Assembly (NCBI GenBank): GCA_002104905.1
Contig: MCFE01000160.1
Span: 85,450-149,449, forward strand
Source: Basidiobolus meristosporus CBS 931.73
Lineage: Eukaryota; Fungi; Basidiobolomycota
Reading direction: 5' to 3'
Length of the DNA: 64,000 bases
The position numbers and the translations under genes were made by a program. The notes under the pieces were generated by a model. The model had not been told where the DNA came from. It was given only the letters and a program-made list of their open reading frames with translations, and made no database searches. Below, in pieces: positions 12,873-24,946 of the stretch (position 1 is the stretch's first letter; each line of letters opens with the position of its first letter).

Positions 12873-13180
12873 TAAGTGATTGGGAGAACAAATAGATTAT
12901 ATGGTTTTCACTTGATGATTAATTGAATGTAAAGGTATATGATCTTGGCATAACAAACACTCAGAATAGGCTAAGGAAGGTCCAAGCGCATGTGTGCAAA
13001 GTTTGGGGCTGTTTGGACAACTTTGAGAATTTTCATGTTCTGGGTATCTGGTATTTTGGTGAAAAAATTCTAAGTGAGTCCCAACAAGGAATTTGGTCAA
13101 TATTCCCTAGGATCTGAAGGTAATAATCTATGTGACTAGGTTAGGTGAGTATTTAGGTGGAATTACAAGTTTGTACATCA
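12873..13180. mobile_element. Right half of an LTR of family X
   Basis: Aligns with 61311-61634 of the intact family-X LTR. Ends TACATCA (cf. TACAACA) and abuts transposase sequence of copy C. Confidence 0.8.
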
Positions 13181-15711
13181 CATATGACCCAGAGACTGTC
13201 CGGATACCAGCATGTGTTTACAGTTTCATGGCATCTACATCAGAAAATGACACCATTTCAAGTGGTCCAACTTGTCAGGAATCCACCACTATTGGGGGAA
13301 AGCATTGTTCACACTCTGGATGTATTCTGGTAATAACCCATCCAAAGAAGCTCATGCAGACCAACAAATATGTAAAGATATAGAGTACTGCACTTTGTAT
13401 CAATCAAGTGCAAACATATCCTATATATTCAATGGCAAACACTAAAAACATCTAAGAAGCAAGGGCTACCTTGAAGGTTTGAATTACCATGCCATTGCCT
13501 TAGCACTTGATGGATTCTCATCAATCAAGTACACTACCAGCAAATCCTGCTGGCCACTGATTCTCATAAACCTGAATCTTCTGCCTATCTTACTGTATCA
13601 GAGCAGAAATCTGATGGTAGTCTCACTGGTATCTGGGCCTATATAAACATTCAACCTGGATAGCTACCTGTATCCATTGCTGGATGAATCTTGTGTACTT
13701 TCCAGCAAGATAACAGTGAATTGCCATCATGTCAAAGTGCATATTATCATCTGCATTGGAGATACCCCAGCCATCTACACAATAGCCAGCTTTTCTGGGC
13801 AATATGGGCAGTATTGTTGTCAAATGTATGAGATCTAGGGGGCTTACTCCATAACTCTTGCACATTATTTTTACCTTAACATCAACACTAAGAATATCAT
13901 TTTCCCACAAAGAGAATGTAGAGAAGTCTGCATACAATTGCAGCAAAGTTGGCAAGCTATAAGCCATTTGCTGAAATGTGGAATAAATTGGAAACCAGAG
14001 ATACTTAAGATGATGAGGATCTGTTGGCACAAAAGCTTTCCACTGGGAGCAATGCATTTGCTTTTCAACAATATCCCTATACTGATGACCAAGTTGTACA
14101 TGGGGCATTTCAAGCTAAATGAGCCCTTTGAGATACCAGAGAAATTTGAAAGAATTGGCAAGATATTACAGAGTATCTGTTACTGTAAGTACTTCTCATG
14201 GGCTCCAATCAACATTCATATGCATATACAACAATACCAGTGCAAGGACTGGATGAGCTGGATATGTATTTATTCAAGTGGTCTTCTGAAGCTCTTTCTA
14301 CCAAGAGTACATTGGAAGCATTGGGAGTCATATATGGGCATTGTAGGAGTATATCTCCAGAAGCAGATCACCAATGCCAACTTGATGCATCTTCAGCTTT
14401 TGTGCAAGGAGTTTGTTATGGGATATGAGTGGCTATACTGCAAGCATAAAGCTGAACACATAGATCTCTGCAGCTACTGTATCTATTCTCTACTCCATCT
14501 TGCTTGGCATATGGAGAATATTGGGCCTTGCTTCACCTTTTGGGAGTTTCCTATGGAGCGGATGTGTGGGGAGATAGGAAGACTAGTCAAGTTGCAGTTA
14601 CTAAAATATCCCAATCTCATCAAGAATATTACGTTCAAGTCTGTCATGTATGTGATGAGTTGGCACATGGAGGACAGCCAGGAAGAGTTGGAAAATACTG
14701 AGGACAGATGTGCACATGGAGACACCTATGCCTAAGGCATTAAGAAGCTAAGCAACCCCAATGTGTGGGTATTCCGTTAAGTAATGCAAAGTTGGGTTGG
14801 GTGCAACAAGCAACTAAGTTTTATTAGGAAAAAGCTACCAAAGTTTGACAGGTTTCTCTTGGTCACAAGCCAATTTCTACACCACTTAATATGGAATCAA
14901 CAAAAGCAAGAGCCAGAGCACACCTATAAGTGGGACTAGAATCCAGCAGGGAGAAGGAATATATTGGTCAAGTAACAAAAAGTGTTTTGCAGATATTCCA
15001 GAGGTGTTCATGCAAAAGTTGCAGTAACCAAGCATATGCTTGCAAGATGTATATGTTACCAGCAATACATGTTGTATGGAAACTTTGCAAGTATTCCACT
15101 GAAAAGTTGTAAAGTTGGAGCAATAGAAGTGTATCAATTGCAGTTGCTGTGCACATGTGCGCAAGTTAATAAGCAGGAGGCTATAGTTTTTTTTGTTCAA
15201 ACTATATGTGGAATAGCTATGATAGTAGTGGGTGAGCAAATAAATTGGAGTAATTCTATAATGGAATGTATGAATGGTGCAAGGCAAGGTAGCAAAAGGA
15301 ATTTTCATTTGGTAAATTGGTACAGTAGCATTGTACAGCACTAGCTGTAGGCTGCTTTACTGCTGTTATAATGCCAATAGATGCCCACATCAAGTCCATT
15401 GAAACACCATCAAGTTTTTTGCAATATATGGCATCTGCATGTACTGGCCAGTTTGGTCTGCTCAGCTAAGTGTAGGCTGCATAAACACCATTAAAATGCC
15501 AGCAAAATTCCATTGAAGAACTGCCCAAACACTGCCAAGTTTACTTACCTGTATAGCAGTAGAATCAGCAAGACACCATTAACATCCCATTGTAACATCA
15601 TGAAAAGAGTCAGTAATTCCAAGCTGCTGGCATTATGATGGCATCATTTTGAGATCTGAATGGCAGATCTGGATTGGATCCACCCAAGGGACCAAATTAT
15701 TTTTCATAGGG
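13181..15711 (+). mobile_element. CCCTA-type transposon copy C (3' portion: degenerate transposase plus right TIR)
   Basis: Starts mid-transposase (YDPETV), has MHLLFNN and WEFPMERMCGEI, and ends AATTATTTTTCATAGGG at 15711. Confidence 0.87.
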
Positions 15712-16012
15712 CTCAGTGTTGGTAAGGTGATTTGGAGAACAGGCAGACCATGTAGCATGTATGTGATTGTAAATTGAATGGGTTGAGCAAGAGTAACATA
15801 TACCAAATGCTTAGGAGGGTCCCAAGAGCATGTTCAGGGTTTGTGAGTCTTTGGGCAGCTTGGAGAATTCTCAGGTTCTGGCTACTCAACATTCTGTTTA
15901 AAATGTCTGAAGTCTCAACACAGAATCTGGGCAAGAAATACCAAAACTCATGGGCCAAGATCCAGGGACTAAGTTAACCAAATAAATAGTTGTATCCACA
16001 AAATCTACAACA
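15712..16012. mobile_element. Right half of a diverged family-X-related LTR
   Basis: Blocks GTGATTTGGAGAAC and CCCAAGAGCATG...GAGAATT.TCA.GTTCTGG match 61314-61500; ends TACAACA at 16012. Confidence 0.65.
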
Positions 16013-17943
16013 CATTATTCCCAATAGTGTCTCTAAAAAGCTAGCCCCAAGATATTACACTAGTATTCAGCTGGTTTCTAGATTCAATTTTCCAGCACTA
16101 CAAACAAACCTTACAGTAGCAGTAGAGGAGCTAATGAGTGTTTACCATCTGCAAGTAGAAGTTTTGATGAGCACCTCTGGACTAGATGCCAGCAAGCTCA
16201 GCATATTCACACTTGCATCAGCTAGAGAGGTCATGAGAACCCCCCCCCCACCCTAAACCAATGGCTCAAAGGCAAGGGTGTCTACTCCGTTTCCCATGCA
16301 GTCATGAACCATATCCAGAAGGGTTCAGATTACTTTGCACACATTTTTCACTGGTTATGGTTGGGTTTACCCTTTCCCGAGCACCTTTCTCCATTAGCAA
16401 GAGTTAGTTATGACCGGCAGAATGCTTCTCTTTCGAGTCAGTAGCTTTCGACTTGTCAGATGCAACTCTACTTTTAGGGTTCACAATGTATGCCAGGCCG
16501 CCATCACGATTCAGAAAAATCAGCCCGGAGCAACCAGGTGATCAGTCAGGTCCAAATATATAACTAATGCGTGGTGGGGAGTTTGTATTCAGTCGGCGGG
16601 TTTCGAGTATATATGACTGTTGTTATTCATTAGTGGTACGGGAGCCAAAAAGCCCAACCGTATGGCATGACGCTACATCGAGATGCAGTGCAGCAGCTGT
16701 AAATATATCGCCAACCACCAGGTTAGCGCCGTGAAAATGAAAGTTCAAGTATTTACGCAATTCTTATGTCGTTACCAGGAATGCTCAATATAAGAAGCCA
16801 GAAGCCCATGAAGAAGCCATTTGATATCATTGGCAAGCTTCATTCTCAGGAATATCCTTGGGATAAAGGTGCAGATAAAAGAGAAGTTAGGGAAATCGGG
16901 CATGGCAAGCACCTTTGCATCAACAGAGGAGTAGTGGCCAAATCACACTTTCCTCGTTGGCATTCTGTAATGACTTATGGGCTGGTCAGATCCAGGAGCA
17001 TGGCTGTGCATACAATGGCATTAGTGTAGTTAGGGTAGTAAACTAAGCTGTAACACTTCTTCATCAATACCCATGTTCCGATGATCCCCAGGCTACTCCA
17101 GCTCTCTAGATGATAGTTGACTAATACTGCTCCAGGATGACACCATACTCGGCAGACAATATGCAGCTCGTATCTATGGGTGCCGACTAGCCAACAAATT
17201 CGCTAGTGCGGGGACCGCTTCAGGTTTCGCGGATGGACTTGTTGGTGATCTACAGACTCGCCATTGCAGACCTCAATTCCAACGATGCAATGGAGAAGAT
17301 TCGGGTGATCCGACTGACTGCTCTGCACCTAGTGCGTTCCGCACTTGCCGAAGCTACCCTGGGAAAAGCCAGTGGCCAACATGACAGTCCTCCTCTGTGC
17401 TATAGCAGGCCACCACTCCTTCGTGAAGGCCGACCGTAACTGAGCTTAGATTACAAGTAGGCAGTACTCCACGGCGTTCAGTGCATGTATCGAGGATGCA
17501 TATGCAGTGCCTAGTCCGATACAGTGAGCGAGTCTACAAAACCCAGCTTGGATGTGGTTTTGTTATTGCATATGCGCTGATCCCTCGAATGCTTGCGCAG
17601 CACCTTAGGCCATAGCAGCAGCAAGCAGGTCACAATGCAGTCATCCTGCAAATAGACAGCACCTAGATCATCCAATGATTTGTGCGGCTCTCCCTCCGCT
17701 CGCTGTGCATCTAGCAAGTCCAGATCAATGAGTTAATTTCCTAGACTGGCTGGAACGCCCATTGGCCCAGGGGCCGTGGCTGTGCCTGGAGCCGAAGGAT
17801 ATATACGAGCACCACTCCGGAAAATTAAGTTTCAAAGTGGGAACACTGGCTGCATATGAAACGCATGCTTACAACTCGGGATTTCCTTTATAACCTACAG
17901 CGAGGCCATCTTGCCAAAAGGATGTGTAGTTCATATTGTCAGC

Positions 17944-19316
17944 ATGCTCCCTTTTCATATCGCCTACCACGGCTTATGGCTAATCCTCGGGCTTTTATCG
18001 ATAGTGGTAGAGTTGCATGCTGAAGGCCAGTTCTGCCTTGACCAGCTCAACCCGCTTTATGATGGAGTGAAACTCGTCAAGGAGTGCGGCATGGTGAACG
18101 CCAACTCGGTCCAGAACGCCAAGAGACTTTTTTCCACCTCGAACTCCGCCAGCGCGCCGATGGTTCTGTCGTTTTATTGCACCTCTCACACCGAAAAATG
18201 CGAGAAGGTGAAGGACTCGTTCAACAAGGCTTTCGAGCTGATCACCAACGTCATTACCCTTCGACACCCGCTGACCGTCAACGCCTCGTTCATCTCATTC
18301 TGCAAGGAGCTCACGATAGGCTGCAATGAATTTGGTGTGGTAGGTAAGATCGGCCTTGTGAACCTGTGCCTATGGCTAAATGCTAACCGGTCGCCAGGCG
18401 CCGCGAACCCCGCCCGGATGCTCCCGCATCAGGGTCTAGACGGCAAGGTCAGGATGTATCCACAGGCGCTGCTGAAGCAGAAGGGCCTCAGGATTCACCC
18501 GGAATACAACAAGGATGACATCATAGCGCTCTTCAATTCCGACATCAACTTCTGGTTTGAGGTTAGTGTTTGCGCTGCGCGTTCCCTTGTTTCTAGACGT
18601 CCATCGCGCTAACGATCCCACTGATGAGATAGGATGACGAGAAGCCGATCAATTCCACCCAAAACGACTTCCTGTTCGCGGTGATCCACGAGATGATGCA
18701 CGGCTTCGGCGTGAACACAGACTGGATGGACCATTTCAACAGCCCAGCCTCCATACTCACACCTATGCCTCTCTTCAACCAGACCGAGGACGGCTTGATC
18801 TTCAGTGGCTTTTTCGAGAGCGCCTTTGACCAGTACTTGATTGAGTTTCCTTCGCTAGAGCCCCTCTCCTCGCACACCCAGGCGCTCAACCAGGCCACCA
18901 AACCAGGGACCTTCTATCTCAACGAAGAGGACTTTCTCGCGGCGCTGACGAACTCGACGGTGTACAAGCTGGTGGAGCGGATGAAGCGGCTTGCGGTAAC
19001 CAGAGACTCCATAGTCTTTCTCGCCAAGCATAAGCAGAAACAGAAGGACGAGCATATCTTTCTGGAAACCTCTCTCAAACCCTTCATCCCGGGCTCCCTC
19101 ATCACGCATTTTGACTACCAGACGTACACGAACACCTCGGATTTCCTGATGCGATTCACCCAGATGTACGGAGAGTCGCTTCTTCACGACATCCGGCTGG
19201 GGGGAGACTATCTGACAGGGCCAATCGGGCCCAAATTAACCAGCCTCCTGGAGACCCTGGGCTATGAGATCAATCTAAACCCACGGCCATACACCGACTT
19301 TCTGAGAATATACTGA
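17944..19316 (+). CDS. Putative secreted zincin-like (HExxH) metalloprotease of an orphan fungal family; introns 18344-18397 and 18562-18632
   Basis: Hydrophobic N-terminus; YPQAL and FNS motifs; after splicing reads QNDFLFAVIHEMMHGFG; C-terminal GPIGPKL..LETLGY; canonical GT-AG introns with CTAAC branch sites. Confidence 0.7.
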
Positions 19317-19764
19317 CGCCTCCAGCATCCGGACTGCAGTCGCTCGTGAGGACCGCGCTATAGATACCGACCACGCGAACGGAATACACATCCGCTATCC
19401 TATTCTTACTCTTGATTTTATCTATCATACGTCGAGGCTACCATGGCTATTTTGTTTCTATTTTGTATCTATTCCACCATAATCTCTGTACTTTTCATTC
19501 CCCATGGCGTCTCAACCACTGTAATTAAGCCAATAAAGCATCAAAACTCGGAGGGACTGGCGTGTAAATAAACCCATGCTGACCATCCCATCTCGTTGTG
19601 CTCGACTCCTCGTTTCACCGCCGCCCCGATGCTGCTTCAGCTACTCTTGGCAGCTTGGGCTGGTTGGGTGGGATCGTGGGATGCCCGCAGTCTACCGGCT
19701 CATGTTGCCCTGCTCATACATCCATCGTGGAGATGATTTAATTTAGGACAGTATCCATTGGTCC

Positions 19765-22700
19765 ATGCAATCACCAAAAAATAGCTGCCATCTACCAGAG
19801 ACTATTAGTAAGTTTGATGTCCGTGGGTTAACTTGCCACCTCAACACAAGCATGCCTGAATCGGAGGATCTACAGGAACAAAGGCAAGCTATCTTCAGGA
19901 AGCTGAAGCCCTCGTGCGTGTCCCTTCTCGAATGGTCTCCTGATCCTTCTCCCAATGGCCAGAACGAGCTAACAAGTAGGCTTGATGCACTGTTGGAGTG
20001 CCTCCGGACCATTGAAAATCCTCAAACAGCGCTGCATGAGTCTTTGCTTCAGTACATCTGCTTTCCAATACTCCAAACCTTCACCAAGGGCTGTTTGACA
20101 TCCGATGCGGCAATGTCCGAAATCCTATTGTGCCTTGAGTATCTGATAGAAAATTGCTTTGAAAAAATGGATATGGAGTTGAAGATTCGGCTCTTTCTAA
20201 TCACGGTGGAATTCTTGGGTGAGAAAAGCGAGCTTCAGAGTAAAACCCTTGGTGTCCCTGGGCTGATCTCCGAAGAGGTAAAGCTGCAAGCCGCCCGTAC
20301 GCAGGCACCGTTCTTTTTCAACCAGAGAGGCCGCGAACAGCTACCCAGTACGCCCAGATGCTCAGGGTTTTTCCTGTACACCGAATCAGGTGTGCCTCAA
20401 CCACGTATTCAGCTTGTGGTAGCGCGTGTAATCCATACCTTCATCCACTGCATTAAAGCTGAGAAGCTGCTAGATCTTCGTCTAGTAGTCCTAAGAAACC
20501 TCAACCAATTTATATCGGGTTTTTACAATATGGACATCTTGGCACAGTTCTTTCCTGGTATATTTACTGGACTATCTTCTATCATACTCGACAATATCGA
20601 TTGTGGCAATAGCCGGCTGTTAGTAGGCTTGCTGAATGCTCTAGAGAATGCGATTGTTGGCGCCCTGAATGATGAGATCAACTCGAGCCACATATCTGAG
20701 GTGACCTCTCTGGAGCAACTTGGCAATTCGCCGACTCTAATGGCAGAAACGACAGACAGGAATATCACCACTTCCACTGAAAATCCAAGCGGAGAAACTT
20801 CGCAGAAAGATACGAATTGGATCAACGCAGCCCAGGCTCAAACCAAAACCCTGTTGATCAAGGTTCTCCGTACCCGCTCCCATCTCGACTGGAAAGTGAG
20901 GAATGCTTGTTTGAAACTCTGCTTCAATACACTCTCTCAGTGCCATCGGATACTGAGTTCGTGCTTCTCGATTTTAATCGAGACCTTGGTGCTTGGACTG
21001 AATGACTCATACTCGGAGATTGTCTCTACGGCTACAGAGTACATAGAGATGTTACTTCACCACCCGGACTTGGCCAGTCTGGTGTTGCTGCATTCGAAGC
21101 AAAACTTTTACAACCTCATCGATTCACTGCCATCCACCCTAACTAGACACGATGAGCTGGTGAAGTACAGCGCCCTCTCCCTTTGCGCGGCATATCTACA
21201 AATCATCAGCCGTGATATAGATGAGTTCCTCTCCACCAACTTCAACAAATTTGTTTCATCGCTGCTGCCTTCGTTGGAGCTTGATTATTCGGACATTCAA
21301 CTGCTCGAGACACGCGCGCCGAGCGCCTATGACGCCCCAAGTCGTACTACAGCGATCCCGTCGGAGGCATCCAGGTGGACATGGATGCCAACTTTCCTGA
21401 ACATACACGAAGATAGAACGGCCAAGCAATTGTCGATGATGTTTAGGTCGTTTGGTTACTATGGGAATGTCGTATCGCTAATGGACAAACTCCTGTCCAA
21501 CCTTCGCTCAACCAGAGACACCAAGTATGAAGTGGTCTACATTTTCATTATCAACGAATTACTGCACGGCGCACAGGATCGTCTAAGCAGTGGCGAAGAG
21601 TCTTCTGGCCAGCACCGAAATGTCTTCTATAGCGTAGCTTCCACTGATGATGATCTGAGGACCCATGCCAGGATTACGAAATCCGTATCTCGAGCCATCT
21701 TACGGGAATATATGAGCCGATGGAACAACGAATCCATAGAGGAGGATTCGCCGGATACATCTACCGGTGACACTCCCTACGAATATAACGGCTCTCTACT
21801 CAACCCGAGGGCTTCCCGCCAACTCACTGGCTCGCAATCCCCCAGCCACTACACCAAAATCCATGAGATTTTGACTATCAAGTCCGTACTATACGGAACA
21901 GCTCGTGTTGCAAGCATCCTTGACCGAGAGTTTCGCCGGGAGCTCCTGGACGTCTTATACCCATTGATGGAGATGATGGGCCATGACAGCACAGTGCTAT
22001 ATGATTCAGCAACATACTGCGCTGAGACCATACGGGTCTGCTGCCAGTATAGCTCAGTGCAGAACATGATCGCTGAGAATGCGGACTATCTCGTCAATGC
22101 CATGTCACACAAGTTTGCGTTTTCTTCGGCGCATTCCCAAGTCCCCCACGTCTTGCGGGCATTCTTGTGTATTTTAGGCGCACAGGCACTCCCACTGATT
22201 GAAGATATGATTGACGACATTCTGGATACTCTGGACAACAATCGAGAGCACTATGATATTTGCAGCCAGCTGCTTGCGGCGTTGGACGATTTCCTAGGCT
22301 TGACGTTGGAGGTCATCCGCTCATCTGAAGGTCAGGAGGGCTCCACCCGTAAGGTGGCCGAGACAAGACCGTCGCAGTTCGACAACTTCCTGGCGTGGTA
22401 CAGAGCCGACGCGGAGGATTCCGATCTACTCCTTGAAACACTCTACACCTCTGGCACGCCAGACAGCAAACCAAATCAAGCGGACCCCAGCACCAGCGAC
22501 ACTGATCAGAGTCGAGTGTCGATGATGATTACGCAGAAATCCATCCTTTACCTTACGGCGAAAACGGCCAAGATGAGGTCGCTGGCCACCAACATCCTTG
22601 CCAAAGGATTGAAGATCGTTGGCCCGTCAGATACATACACGTTAATCAACGACGCGTGGCCAAGTCTATACCACCTCCTGGAGAGTAAAGAGAGCATGCT

Positions 22701-23226
22701 AGTCTTCAAGACCGTAAGACTTATCCAAGAAATAGCCGAGGACCATGCAGAGTTCGCCAGCAAGCGGTTTGTTTCTCAGATCTGGCCTTATTTCTCAAGG
22801 TTGTTCACCGCCAATCGCTCGCAGCTCAGGAAGCGCCATTCATTGGAGCCCAGCTTTCACGTCGATCACCGTGAATCGCAAAAGCTCCTCGTCGCCGTCC
22901 TAGAGGCAACTAGCACCATGCTCTTACACTTGAGTATTCCTATTCGGAAGGTCCGGTCGATATGTGAGGCTGTAGCACCTGTGGCCATGAATGACTCAGA
23001 CCCACAGGTCCAGCAGGCGATCTCGCAGGTGTTTAGTTCGGTGGCCCGTAGATTCCCTGACGTGTTTTGGGTGTTTATCAACAGTGGGGATGGCAAGGCC
23101 GGCATGGCTCAGCCACCAGCGGAATTAAAGCCGATAGTCTTGCCCAACATATACGATGAATCCACACGGCGAGCCTGCCATTCGCTACGCTACCTGTTAG
23201 AGGAGAGAAACCCTGAGCATGGCTAG
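19765..23226 (+). CDS. TTI1: TEL2-interacting protein 1 (TTT co-chaperone subunit, HEAT repeats)
   Basis: 1153-aa helical ORF with F.KLKP.CV, YI.FP, FFPGI.TGL, W.VR, NADYLVN and IN..WP.L motifs that I recall from Tti1. Confidence 0.8.
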   Translation: MQSPKNSCHLPETISKFDVRGLTCHLNTSMPESEDLQEQRQAIFRKLKPSCVSLLEWSPDPSPNGQNELTSRLDALLECLRTIENPQTALHESLLQYICFPILQTFTKGCLTSDAAMSEILLCLEYLIENCFEKMDMELKIRLFLITVEFLGEKSELQSKTLGVPGLISEEVKLQAARTQAPFFFNQRGREQLPSTPRCSGFFLYTESGVPQPRIQLVVARVIHTFIHCIKAEKLLDLRLVVLRNLNQFISGFYNMDILAQFFPGIFTGLSSIILDNIDCGNSRLLVGLLNALENAIVGALNDEINSSHISEVTSLEQLGNSPTLMAETTDRNITTSTENPSGETSQKDTNWINAAQAQTKTLLIKVLRTRSHLDWKVRNACLKLCFNTLSQCHRILSSCFSILIETLVLGLNDSYSEIVSTATEYIEMLLHHPDLASLVLLHSKQNFYNLIDSLPSTLTRHDELVKYSALSLCAAYLQIISRDIDEFLSTNFNKFVSSLLPSLELDYSDIQLLETRAPSAYDAPSRTTAIPSEASRWTWMPTFLNIHEDRTAKQLSMMFRSFGYYGNVVSLMDKLLSNLRSTRDTKYEVVYIFIINELLHGAQDRLSSGEESSGQHRNVFYSVASTDDDLRTHARITKSVSRAILREYMSRWNNESIEEDSPDTSTGDTPYEYNGSLLNPRASRQLTGSQSPSHYTKIHEILTIKSVLYGTARVASILDREFRRELLDVLYPLMEMMGHDSTVLYDSATYCAETIRVCCQYSSVQNMIAENADYLVNAMSHKFAFSSAHSQVPHVLRAFLCILGAQALPLIEDMIDDILDTLDNNREHYDICSQLLAALDDFLGLTLEVIRSSEGQEGSTRKVAETRPSQFDNFLAWYRADAEDSDLLLETLYTSGTPDSKPNQADPSTSDTDQSRVSMMITQKSILYLTAKTAKMRSLATNILAKGLKIVGPSDTYTLINDAWPSLYHLLESKESMLVFKTVRLIQEIAEDHAEFASKRFVSQIWPYFSRLFTANRSQLRKRHSLEPSFHVDHRESQKLLVAVLEATSTMLLHLSIPIRKVRSICEAVAPVAMNDSDPQVQQAISQVFSSVARRFPDVFWVFINSGDGKAGMAQPPAELKPIVLPNIYDESTRRACHSLRYLLEERNPEHG

Positions 23227-23604
23227 CCTCCGTCGTCCACACCAGCCTAACCCTTCACCACTCGATCAGGAACCTCCCGTATGTACCAGACACACTGTTC
23301 CACCATCCCCAGTCTGTTTAGAAGCGAATCATATTTGTCTTTCAGTTCACAACACGAAACCCAATTGGTCATATTGTTCTCCCTCTTGATCGGTCTCCCT
23401 TCATCGCCATTGACAATGATATAATCAAACTTTGTTGGAATACACAATGATGCTACGTGAGATTGATTTTCAACCAAAGATTTTACGGGATCAATGTTAT
23501 GATTTATTCAATTTTAAATCGCCCAATTTACTGAGCCCGAATGGCACGAGTCCTTCTCCCAGACAGCCCTAGCTTACGTTCATCACCACCACCTTAGGTC
23601 TGAC

Positions 23605-24161
23605 ATGTATTATCCTTGCGAAGCGGAACTACCGGAAGATCCACGCCTCTCGGTGCAGATATTCGGCTCTTCAGTATCCGGGAATCTACAAGTTCGTTTA
23701 AACCCTCCATTTTACCTTAGTCGAATCGGTTTGTTTTGCCTGGACTCGAGAAAGAACCACATACTCACCACCATTCCTCAACGAATTCACCTTTGACCCA
23801 ACCCAATAGATAAAAACCCAACAAAAGCGGCTCGAATCCATCCTGAACGCCCGCCGGATCCCGTTTGTTTTCATTGACGTGGCCGCAAGCACTGCAGCCA
23901 AGAACTACATGCGCAACATCAACCCCACCCCTACGGTGGTCCTTCCGCAGATCTTCGTGGACGGCTCGTTTCGTGGAGTAAGTGCCATATAGAGAAACCA
24001 ACGGCAACCGAACCATCCCTCCGGTGCCTCCCTTTTCACTAACCACCACTCACCTGCTGCTTCCATTTCCCTCTCTTCGGTAGTTCTTTCGTCAATTCGA
24101 GGAGGCAAATGACCGGGACGAACTCACGGAGTTTCTGGGCTTCGACACCAACCAAAAATAA
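23605..24161 (+). CDS. SH3BGR-family glutaredoxin-like protein (3 exons: 23605-23691, 23810-23977, 24084-24161)
   Basis: Spliced product ...SVQIFGSSVSGNLQIKTQQKRLESILNARRIPFVFIDVAA...LPQIFVDGSFRG-FFRQFEEANDRDELTEFLG; absent from the ORF track because of introns. Confidence 0.8.
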
Positions 24162-24946
24162 CCGGAGGATATTTGCTGGCCAAACCGACCGGGCTTTAGA
24201 GAACTGGCTGCGCGAAGCGTCACCTGATGTGTAAACGCCATGCATAGGTGGTACTTTCCTCCCAAAAGGAGTCCCAAGAGCACCTGTTCCTAGGGGCCCC
24301 GTATCTAACCATCAAGCATTGTACTACTCTATTGCCTCTGAACCAGGTTGACATTATTAAATCACCCCTGATTCTATCCCAGTCCAGCTACTGTGGCCCC
24401 CTTGGGGTATGATTTTTCACCAGTGGTGGTTGGCCCGGTGGGAGTGGCATCTAAATCGCTTAGAGTCTGTTCTTAAAACAATGAACGCCACCTGATTTTG
24501 TGTGCCTCTATGAATTACCAGACCACTTTCTACGGTGCCCAGGTATATATTTTGTTGTGGGGGGATGTTCAGCGAGGTATCTTAAGGAACTTCAAAGGGA
24601 ACGCCTTGTTCTGCAGTTTCAAATGATTTAAATTCCACGGGCCATTTACTTGGTCATATATTAGCTTAAAATCAAGCCCTCTCTCGTGTGTCCTGGAGAG
24701 CTTGAAGGTCACCTCATAACGGCAGGCGATGACACCACCGATAACCATCATCTGGTGATTCAAGTATGATAAGCGAGTTCAGAGGAAGAGGAAAAGCAGA
24801 AACAGAACGAGTAGCAGGGTGTTTTGAATTAGTGGGGAGGAGGTGATGTTCCCAGCATTAGGATAAATCCTCTCACAGAACCTGAATCGAGCGAGATGGA
24901 GAATGGGGTTAGGGGATACGTTGATTGGCACTGATGGGGGCCAGAC

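Noticed and set aside
16229-16250. C-run followed by CCCTAAACC at the edge of the CpG-depleted block, resembling an inverted retroelement/telomere junction
   Set aside because: Only one CCCTAA unit, with no TCACC/GGTGA stem or AATAAA module nearby. Compatible with chance.
16766-17720. Short ORFs in partly CpG-poor DNA as a possible LINE or other TE relic
   Set aside because: No RT, transposase or terminal motifs are recognisable in any frame.
19765-23226. TTI1 (Tel2 partner) near a telomere as part of a telomere gene cluster
   Set aside because: TTT is a PIKK co-chaperone and the gene lies about 40 kb from the end among unrelated genes. Nothing in the sequence links it to the retroelement.
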